A DNA stretch of 64,000 nucleotides from the human T2T-CHM13v2.0 reference genome, Homo sapiens. The stretch lies in NCBI RefSeq assembly GCF_009914755.1, contig NC_060930.1; one strand, written 5' to 3'. The translations under genes were made by a program, and so were the position numbers. Of the stretch, positions 53,169-64,000 are shown one piece after another. Every line of letters begins with the position of its first letter. Position 1 is the first letter of the stretch. The notes under the pieces are model-generated. The model saw only the letters and a program-made list of their open reading frames with translations, had not been told where the DNA came from and searched no databases.

Positions 53169-53623
53169 ATTTGTGAGATTCTGTGTTAATACTAGTAAGA
53201 TACGTTTTTCCTACTTATACTAAACCAGTAAAAAAGTGGCCCACAGATAAAAGTGATGAGTAGCTAAAAGATAAAGAACTTTATAGTTTCCATTTTGAAC
53301 TGTGCTATTCACAAAATGTAATCTCCAATTTATGATATAGCATCCATGACACACAAAATTCTGGGCCAGAGATACTGTCAGGGATACAAAGGTGACTAAG
53401 ACCAGTTCTCGCCCACAAGAAGTTTACAATGTAATAAGACAAGACAGTAAACAAGTAATGCCATATGACATTATATGTTAAGTGTCATAAAAGAGACACA
53501 AAATCTTACAGAAGTTTCAAAGGAAGGACAGATTGCATCTGATACATAAGAAAGGAAAAACTACATGAAGAAGGTAGAACTGGACACTTGGCAGTGCCCT
53601 GGGCTTAGATGTCTATTCTTTTA

Positions 53624-53815
<192 letters not shown>

Positions 53816-54866
53816 CTAGAAAGGCCTTGAGGAATGAATTGTTCTTCGACAGAAGATGGGAAAGAGGTCATTCTCAATAGAAGAAAAAAAATGACCAAAA
53901 GTGAAGAAGAAAGCAAGCATGGGGCATACTCAGGAAAGATCAAGACCTCTGAGAGAACCAGTAAATGGGTTACATAGATGTAATGGTGTGGCAGGAGGCT
54001 ACACAGAAGGAAGGGCAAAACCACCTTTAAATGTTGGATTGAAGAGAATCTGCATTTACTTTGTTCCACAATGAGTCTTATTAAAGCTTTAATCAGTAGA
54101 TATGAAGAAGACAAAAGGGGAGCCAAGGAGATCACACCAGGTAGAGGCTTATTATAAGTGTCTTGTGTTCACAAAGCATTTGAGGTCTCTGATGGCAAGA
54201 AATTTTGCAATGAAAATGGCAAAGGCAGAAAAAAAAAAAAGCCAGAATCCAGGAAAAATCTAAGTTAAAACAGGTCCAGAAAATAATGTGTTTGTTTCTA
54301 CATATGTAGTGAAGGGGGACAGAATACAGATATGAAGTCCTTAAGAGATTATACAAGTATCAAGATTTAGAACCAGCAACTTTGGCTCTCATTTTCCTGG
54401 AATCCAGAACAAGAAGAGAGACATCTGGTCAGGCAGTTATTGTGAAAGAGAACACAACACACTTGTTCTTCAGAGAATGCTAAAGTTTTGCTGGCATTTA
54501 ACATAAGAAAAAGCAAAATCAGTAATGGGTAATAAGCAAGATAGTAAGAAAGGGAAAAGGTAAGAGCCAGTGTAAGTACAGATTCAGAAGAATAACTGTT
54601 ATAAAGTTCCTTTATATAAAGGACAGATCTTTACAAAAAGTCTTTATCTCTGTTGTGTTTAATCTATCAAATGGATTTATAAAATTCAATGGCAAAAAAA
54701 CCCCCATTAACACAATATACCTTTTAACAAGAGACCTGATACTTAAATCACTGACTTAATAGTTTAATAATCACTTTTAAATCACATTTCTGAAAGAAAT
54801 GAGCATATTATATGTGTTTTTTAACTTTACCAAGTAAACATGGGCTAAAATTTCCTATGTACTTAC

Positions 54867-54959
54867 CAATCTTGTTACTACTTGAATGCGTTAGTTCTGG
54901 ATCCTCAGCTATTTGTTGTTTGAGTTTCTGAAGGTATTTTTCAGCCAAATACTTAAAAA
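54867..54959 (-). CDS. RAB23: RAB23 coding exon (VFKYLAEKYLQKLKQQIAEDPELTHSSSNKI), 93 nt
   Basis: minus strand: ttattctag| acceptor, |gtaagt donor; phase 1 to 1. Confidence 0.96.
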
Positions 54960-55794
54960 CTAGAATAAAAAGAAAACACCCAGAACCAGGTCAATGATTT
55001 ATGCATGTAAATCTGTTATTTCACATCATTTGTAATATTTATACTTACTAAACAAATTTAAAGTTACAATTAGGAGCATACAATCTAGTTAAAAATTCAA
55101 CTTTTAAAAATTATTTGGGCAGTATCTGAGTACAATGATAATATTAACAAATGTATAATGGTATTTTATTAGTAAATAAGTGAAATAATACTTGTAATGA
55201 TTGGCTCTTCTAAGTATCTGAATAGTGATTAATACTAAGCAACACTAAACAGACTCACTCTTGAAAAGATGTCTCCTTTATGTGAAGAAAAGTATCCAAA
55301 ATAGACATCCAAGAGAATATCTAGTTGCAATCTAAATAAGTGGCAATTCCAGAATGAGAAAAATAACTTACCATCTTTTTCTAATTTCACTTTCTTAAAC
55401 TAGGAAATACTATTAAATTAAAGTATTAAATTAAATACTATTAAATAAACTAACTACCTAGTGGAATATCTACTATCATGGAGTTCTAAAACAACTGAGT
55501 TATTTTTAACAGGTATGCATCAAAACCACATATGCATATACTCTACATATATAGCTTACATTTTTCAAAGATAATAATAAAAATGGAAAACCTTACGAGG
55601 ATGAAAAGTATTCAAGGGCATTAGTAAATAATTAAGCACTAACAAAAAGAAGTAGAAAGCCTTTAAATTCTACTTAATGTTAGGTGACAAAAAAATCTTG
55701 TTCTCGTTATAAATATAATTTCTAAACAACACAATTTTAAAAGCGCAAGAATAAAATTTCTTTTTGCAATCTATATCCTTTAAAGGTAATTTAC

Positions 55795-55877
55795 CTTCAT
55801 TCACATTTAGATCTTCTTTCACTGATGTTCTGTAGAATCTTAACTTTAACCTTTTTGCCAGTGCCTCAGCTTCCTCA
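55795..55877 (-). CDS. RAB23: RAB23 coding exon (NEEAEALAKRLKLRFYRTSVKEDLNVNE; G5 box), 83 nt
   Basis: minus strand: gtgcag| acceptor, |gtaaat donor; within ORF 55670..55888. Confidence 0.96.
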
Positions 55878-56454
55878 CTGCACATCAATTTAAAAAAAAA
55901 TGCTTTACAAAGGTGCCTTCTGATAGCTTGTTTTTTAAATCACTTTTAATTACATTTACTGAATACAGTTTGGCAGGGAAGGGAGGGAAGGTGGATCAGA
56001 TCTTTCAGAAAATTTTCATATTTCTTTTTAAAAGAGCTTGATATAATTTCCCAGTTAAGTAAAATCAGTTGAAAGCTATGTTTTCATTTAGTGCCTGTAC
56101 TGATTTTAGTTTTCACTACTCTTGAGAAATAAACACCAACTGTTATACCGTATGTGTACATAGAAGACTTTTCTATAAAGTCATTAATCTCTAGCCCTAA
56201 ACTAAGAAAATATCACTTTTCTTTGTATAATATTTTAATTAATTTTATCTCTTCCTGAGAACACCTGTAGTTAATTACACTCTGAAAATCTTACAGTGAA
56301 TTACTTATTTTATTCTTACTGGCCATGAAACAATTTTGCTGCCTAAAGCCAAAGTCAGTATATTAATGACTACATCTCCAAATTGTACTCCTAATTTTAG
56401 TTTTATCAGGATTCCTGGTTGTGGACTCCTGATATTAATGTCATTAGAGACTGT

Positions 56455-56929
56455 TGTAACCATGCCCCATAGGCTCCCGCTATTTCTCTGGCTTCTGGTC
56501 TTCAGCCCCTTGTGTAGTCTCCTCCCACACTGTAATCAAGGTTGGTCTGGGTGTCCACTAATATGCAATACAAGGGACAGTATAAGACTGGGTCATAAGA
56601 AACACTGTGGCTTCTGTCTTGCTCTTTCTTGGATCACCCACTCTGGGAGAAATAGCTGCCGTGTTGTGAGAATAGGAGAGGCCCATCTGACAAGGAACTA
56701 AGGCTTCCTGCCAAGTGAATAAGCCATCATAGAAATGGATGGTCCAGCACCAGTGTAGCCTTTCCGTGAGAACAGGCCTAGCCAACATCTCAACTGCAGC
56801 TTCATGAAAAACCACCAGCTAAGCCATTCTCAAACTCCTGATCTACAGAAACTGTGATATAATAGATGTTTGTTGTTTTAAGACACTAAGTTTTGGGCTA
56901 ATTTGTTACATAGCAACAGATAACTAACA
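56455..56929 (+). mobile_element. MLT1-type MaLR LTR
   Basis: Terminal ttgttttaagacactaagttttggg...tgttacatagcaacagataactaaca. Confidence 0.8.
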
Positions 56930-57474
56930 TAAGAAGACTTAAAAAACAGGTAAAAACCAAGCAAATATTTTCAAAACTGGCAAAAATAATAATACAATAA
57001 GTAAATATTTATGAACAGAAATTATCTGTTCACAAATTTGAGCATAAGAGTTCTGAATATACAAAACAATATGAATCTGAACCCTTAATTAAAATTCATC
57101 AACATAGGATAGTTACTTATTCTGGGTATTACAAAATCTAGGGATGCTTTTCTTAACATTCTTACCATATTAAGGTTTGACTTAACATGAAGAATTAGAT
57201 TTCTTGTGCAAAGACCTGAGATTAGAATTCTAAAAGAGCCTTCAAATTTTAATCCTTTAATTTTATCTACTTAGGAATCAATGAATTTTTTAACCCAAAC
57301 CAATCACATAGAATAGCTCACAGAAATTTTAGGTAAATTAAAATATTTAAGTCATTAAAGCCTTCAAAATGAAAGTATAGAATTTTTCCTAGAACCTGTA
57401 AAACTATGCAAAAATTAAGATGTCTTAACTTTATAGAATTACTGTCCCTCCTTCCCCAAAAGTAGCCATCTTAC

Positions 57475-57631
57475 TTCTTTATACAAGAATCATCCAGAAG
57501 ATCAATCTTGTTTTGCACAAGTACAGTTGGTATATCTCCCACTTCGGCTACTACTTTCTCTCTCCAACTGGAAACTGCTTCAAAAGATTCCCTATCTGTG
57601 GTAGAGAACACGAGCACACAAGCCTGGGCTC
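57475..57631 (-). CDS. RAB23: RAB23 coding exon (GAQACVLVFSTTDRESF...VQNKIDLLDDSCIK; G4 NKxD box), 157 nt; upstream exons lie beyond the window
   Basis: minus strand: ttacag| acceptor, |gtaaga donor; Rab GTPase motifs. Confidence 0.97.
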
Positions 57632-57762
57632 CTGTAAGTTCACAATCAATCAATCAATCAATCAAGGTATTTACATTAACATATTACATTTACATTAAGA
57701 AAACAATCTCATGAAGAATGGGGGCAACTTTTATCCATTCAAAACAACTTTTATGTAAATAA

Positions 57763-57876
57763 ATGTTGAACTCATCTTTGTACTACTCTTCTTTACTTTT
57801 CAACATATAAACTCTATTTATGTTGAATTCATCTTTGCACTACTCTTCTTTACTTTTCAACATATAAATTCTATTT
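57763..57876. repeat. Tandem duplication, 2 x 57 bp
   Basis: atgttgaa(c/t)tcatctttg(t/c)actactcttctttacttttcaacatataaa(c/t)tctattt twice. Confidence 0.9.
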
Positions 57877-58051
57877 TCATTTTTACCAAAAACAGTGGTT
57901 CTCAAATGTGTTCAACTGTCAAAGTACCTCAAAAGCATACACATTCTTTTTGGAATACCATAAAATACTGATTTAATTCCATTATAAAAGCTAGAGAGAA
58001 TGGTAAACTAAAATTACAGGCTGTTGCCAAATTCTTCTTGTTAATTTGCTT

Positions 58052-58125
58052 CTTAATTTCTTTCAGCGTAGATTTAAGAAAAATGTCATTTGCTTAATTT
58101 CTTTCAGCGCAGATTTAAGAAAAAT
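58052..58125. repeat. Tandem duplication, period 41 bp
   Basis: cttaatttctttcagcg(t/c)agatttaagaaaaat twice. Confidence 0.85.
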
Positions 58126-58667
58126 TTATGAGAAAAAAATCATAATTTGTTCATTCTATTCACTTTTTAAATAAATTGTATTATTTTATTTCAGTAGAAT
58201 ACCAGTGATCCTAAGGAACATAATTTGAAAGCCAATGCCAAGAGTATATATATATATAATAGAGGGGTTGGGGGAAACTTAGTTTTACCCTGTTTAACTG
58301 CATAATTTTACCCACCCATATTGTATCCATTGACAATATTTTAACCATCAACTGTCATTTTAGGCTGATAATATCAAAGACTAAAATAAGCAGAAACCTC
58401 TTAGAAGAAGCAGTTTTATAAATTATTAGCTATTGATTCAGGTAGCATGGTGATAAAAGCAGGCATGTAAGCAACAAGAGAAAATCATCCTGGGGGTCAA
58501 GAGGATTTCCTGAAATCAAGGCATGTTTTCTTACCATTACTCCTTCCTTACACATCCCTCTGGTATAAGAGTTTTCTACTAAGACTCAAGATATGTCTGG
58601 GCTATCTAAGACACTCTAGAGCCAAAACTAGTCTGTATATCTATATATCACTGGGGGAATACTGTAG

Positions 58668-59100
<433 letters not shown>

Positions 59101-59313
59101 TAAAAACAGGTTTTAATCCAAATAATAAATGAATAATGCAAAATACAGAAAGAGAGAGACAAAGACACCCTGAGACCTTCTCAGAATTTAAGGGAAAATA
59201 AAACTGAAGAGATCACATTAGTATACCGATAAATAAACTTATATTTACTTGAGCTGTAATATTTACCTCAACTACAAATAAAAAAAATTATGTAATCATA
59301 TTTTAAGAAACTG

Positions 59314-59720
<407 letters not shown>

Positions 59721-60099
59721 TTTGTTCTTTATCATAAAACTCAATGAATTACCTTTAAGCCTACAGCTTTATGTCCAGCTGTCATTTAAATTTGAGGGCA
59801 CAATAGGGTATTTCCAAGTGTTCAAGGTCTCAGACACTTAACCAAAAAAACCTCTTAGAGGAAGCATATATGATGGAAAAAAAACCCCAAACAGATAATG
59901 CCAGAGATACGGGCAGTAAGAATGATTAAGAAAAGCTCAACATTATTTAAAAAATCAAAGACCAAAAGAAAGTATGTCCATAACAACCCCAAGATTATTT
60001 AGCAGGGGACAGAATGGGTACAGACCAGAGAAATGTGGGAATGTGCCAAAGTGCTTGTGTGAAGAAAGGGAAGATGTTTACATAATCAGGGAGGTAAAT

Positions 60100-60522
60100 A
60101 AACAAACCCTGCAGCAGAGGCCTGTGGCTGCATGCATGTCCCCTCAACCGGGCTTCAGCGCAGCTGTGGAGAACAGTTCCTGTGCCAGTTGCTCCTGCCT
60201 ATGCTGCAGGGGGCTCTGCTGTTCTGCTGGGGGCTGTTCTGATGCATCCCCCAAGGGGGAAGTGATGCCTCTGGGTGGCGGGGGGGTGGAATGAACACCT
60301 CAGCCTCCCTTTGGTGGGCTCCTGAGGCCTCTCTTCATGGTTCCTCAGGGAGACTGAGCCCCAGTGGCCCACAGTGATACTTAGAACGCTTTACTGGTTT
60401 TTCTCCCTTCCTTGCCTCATTCTCCCTAGTCTTTCACTCTACTTCCTGGGATCATGTCCCAAATAAACGAGCCCCACCCATGTGGCGCAGTGGGAAGGCA
60501 CACAGAGGCTTAAACTAAGACA
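60100..60522 (+). mobile_element. LTR16/ERVL-like LTR remnant
   Basis: cttcctgggatca...cccaaataaac ... aaactaagaca terminus. Confidence 0.55.
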
Positions 60523-61281
60523 GTAAATGCCTTAAGTTAAAGGCAATCACCTTAAGAATAAGAGAATGTATGACTATTAAACCACAGGAGAAAAATGGAT
60601 TTCTGCAGTATAAAGAACAAAATGAAAAAACAAGAACTGCAGGAAATAAAAAATCTGAAATAAGATCGCAAAAATAAGTCCTAAGAAGATAAATTACAAT
60701 CTATAGAAAGAATGGTACACAAATCTCCAAAGCAGGACGGTTCACCTGATACCAAGCCTTTATATCAAATGCTGCACCACCTTGTCTGATTTAACCTAAA
60801 AATATTACTAAAATGGAAAAAAAATCAACTGGATTACTTTTTATGGATTACTTTTATGGTTATAATAATTCTGACAAATGTTGGACAACCACTTGTTTCC
60901 ATTTCCCCTAACTGAATATCATCTTCCATCTAGACAGATAAAATACTTTGTCAAACTGTGATTCATCATGGTTCTTTTATGTTTGGAAAAATCCTAATGA
61001 CCGGAAAGCCCTTTCTAATATTTAGTTTAAAAAGCTCAAAAGATGACCCCTTACCCTCCACCCTTTTTTAAAAAAAAACTTTGACTGAGGTACCAATAAA
61101 GCATGTAACAAATACAAGATTCCAAGATTTATGAGACAGATCATTATTTGCAGAATTTAGAAAGCAAATGGCTGATCCTGCTGCACAACCCTGAACTCCC
61201 TCAAGCACTTCAAGAATTTTTTTTTTTTTTTTTAATATGAGATGGGGGTTGGAAAGGAAAAGGATCTGTAAAGAATGTCTT

Positions 61282-61713
<432 letters not shown>

Positions 61714-61960
61714 TTAGGAAGCTGTTACGTATTTCCAGCAACTGGCGGACATTAGGGACTAGTGATGCCTTGATTCAAGCCTGAGAAAAATGCAATGGGT
61801 GAGAGTGAGAGTGAAAAATCAAAACCAGCAGACAAAAAGCAGAGAGCTATATTGGGAAGGAACTGTGCCTCTCCCAATGGCAGGGCAAAGAATGCACATG
61901 AATTTCATAGGGGCAGAGATGAACCACATCTAAGAGATACCAGTAATGGGGCTCTGGACA

Positions 61961-62787
61961 TGCTAAACTAAAATATGGCACCTTGACGTACTGAATATTT
62001 TAAGCTGAAGGAATCTGAGAAAACAGCAGAAGCAGGAGAGTCACTTTGATCTCCCCTAGCCCCTTCTCCTCTGAAGCAGATCCTAAAATTCAGGAAGGAT
62101 TTTCTCTCTCTTTTTTTTTTTTTTTTTGAGATGGAGTCTTGCTCTGTCGCCCAGGCTGGAGTGCAGTGGCATGATCTTGGCTCACGGCAGCCTCTGCCTC
62201 CCGGATTCAAGCAATTCTCCTGCCTCAGCCTGAGTAGCTGAGATTACAGGCGCCCACCACCATGCCCAACTAATTTTTCTATACTTTTAGCAGAGATGGG
62301 GTTTTGCCATGTTGGCCAGGCTGGTCTTGAACTCCTGACCTCAGGTGATCCGCCCATCTTGGCCTCCCAAAGGAAGGATTTTCTGACCCTCACCTGAAGG
62401 AGGTCATAAGCCCCTCAGGTGAGAGGTGACCTCCATATACCCAGAGGAAAGGAGAATCCTCATTTCTGAAGAGAGAAGGATACCAAAAGGAATCTGAATG
62501 AACCTCTGCTGATGAATCTTGCTAAGTTTCCTCCAGTTTACTGCTCTTAGCTCATATTTGTCCTATCACATTCTTCAACAACTTTGCACTCTTCCTCAAA
62601 CCTGGTATAAAAACGTTCAGGTTTAACTGTTTATTTGGGTTTTCATTTCCTTATGAAGGTTTCTTTGTCACATAAAACTTATATTAAATAAATTCATAAG
62701 TTTTTCTCTTGTTAATCTGTCTTTTGTTAGAGACCCAATCAAGGACCAAAAAGAGTAGAAGGAAAAAGATATTTTTCCTCTCCTACA
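61961..62787 (+). mobile_element. MER31/MER34-like ERV1 solo LTR containing a 5'-truncated antisense Alu (62106-62371)
   Basis: aaaatatggcacc ... ttcctctcctaca termini; Alu TSD aggaaggattttct. Confidence 0.7.
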
Positions 62788-63279
62788 AACCAAAGTCACA
62801 GTAAAAAACTGTAACAAAAATCTATTTCATGTCGTCTGTATCTTTCTGTACTAACTAAAATCACTGGTTCCTACTGCCTGGAGTCAACTTTCTAAAAAGC
62901 TTTAGAGAAATCACTTGGGATCCCAGAGGCTTCCTAATCTGTGCTCTGTTGTAACCTATTTACAAGAAGGTCTTGTTTCAACATCTCTCACTATACAATT
63001 AAGCCAGCATTCCAAGTCCATAATAATACCTTTGAGCAATGGCTTTGATATAATGGGTCTTTTAAATGAATTATAATAAAATTGTTCTTTTTAAAATTTT
63101 AATTTGTTGATTTTTATGCATCATTAATAACACATTTCTAGGATTTAAATCAGCAAGTCATAACTATATATGGCATAGTGTTTCTACCACTACATTTGTA
63201 TCTTAATTCATTCTTTCTAGCCCTTACCTTCTCTTCTTACTTTTATTTCTATTTAATTTCATCACTATCTAAATCTGTA

Positions 63280-63795
63280 CTAGCAGCAGATATTGTCTGA
63301 TTGCCTAGGTGGCATCTCTCCCTAAAAACACCTTTCCCCCACTGTATAGTAGCCATATGGTTTAGGTAGACTAAACCTATTCTCTGCTGGAGGTGGGAGT
63401 TGTGGTGGTGGCAAGGAGCACAATGTGATCCAAGTCAATTAATCACATTCCTCTCATTATTGCAATCAGGTCAAGGGTGGTCTAATCAGAGAAAAGCTCA
63501 GGACATCTGAACCACTGCTGTGGGAAGTAACCCTCTCTCCCCAAGGATGTAAACAAAGCATGTGGCTGTCATTGCTCCTGGTGATAATCTTGCAACCCAA
63601 AAGGAAATCAACATGAGGAGGTACCGGTACCACACAGGGAAGAGACAAAGCCAGGAGAATCAGTAAGGTTATAGGCTGAACAAACAACTAAAAGGGATGC
63701 TATTTCCAGACTTTTCTATCAAATCAGTAAGTCTCTGTAGTTTTAAGACAGTACGAAATTCCTTTTATTTGGCAGCAACCAAAAGCATTCTAATG
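63280..63795 (+). mobile_element. MLT1-type MaLR LTR (old)
   Basis: Terminal ...gcaaccaaaagcattctaat. Confidence 0.5.
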
Positions 63796-64000
63796 GAACC
63801 CCAAAGAGGTTTCCCAAAGGGAAAACATAAAATAATGTTCAATATACTGTTTTTCAATTTTATGTATAATTGCTGTTTTTTCTTTAATTCATATTGTATT
63901 GTGATAAATGTTTACTTTTACCATTTAGAAAAAGAAGACGCTGAAACTGAGGACCTATCTCAGTATCTCACCCTCTTTGCCATTTTAATACAGTCAGCTA

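Noticed and set aside
59974-60294. 106-aa Cys-rich ORF
   Set aside because: Overlaps an LTR remnant, lies antisense in a RAB23 intron, and has no regular metal-binding spacing

Overview
Eukaryotic (human-type, Alu/L1-rich) genomic DNA. From the translated exons I recognise it as the ZNF451-BAG2-RAB23 locus (human 6p12, from recall). The window holds the last eight coding exons and 3'UTR of ZNF451 (+): C2H2 zinc fingers, a PIN/NYN-like domain and a terminal UIM. It also holds the complete three-exon BAG2 gene (+, 211 aa, CpG-island promoter) and the last four coding exons plus 3'UTR of RAB23 (-), converging tail-to-tail with BAG2. All exon phases were checked by hand and join into open frames. 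The rest is Alu, L1, L2, MIR, DNA-transposon and LTR remnants; most short ORFs in the supplied track are repeat-derived noise. No wholly new gene system is evident. The best leads are: (1) splice/polyA switches remodelling the ZNF451 C-terminus (a PIN catalytic-motif cassette exon; an intronic-polyA isoform swapping the UIM for an NLS-like tail); (2) a poison/re-initiation exon in BAG2 intron 1; (3) a spliced divergent antisense transcript from the BAG2 promoter; (4) BAG2/RAB23 3'UTR overlap; (5) a possible non-prenylated RAB23 tail; (6) a very young AluY and a three-arm chimeric Alu. Repeat subfamily names and boundaries are by eye and approximate.
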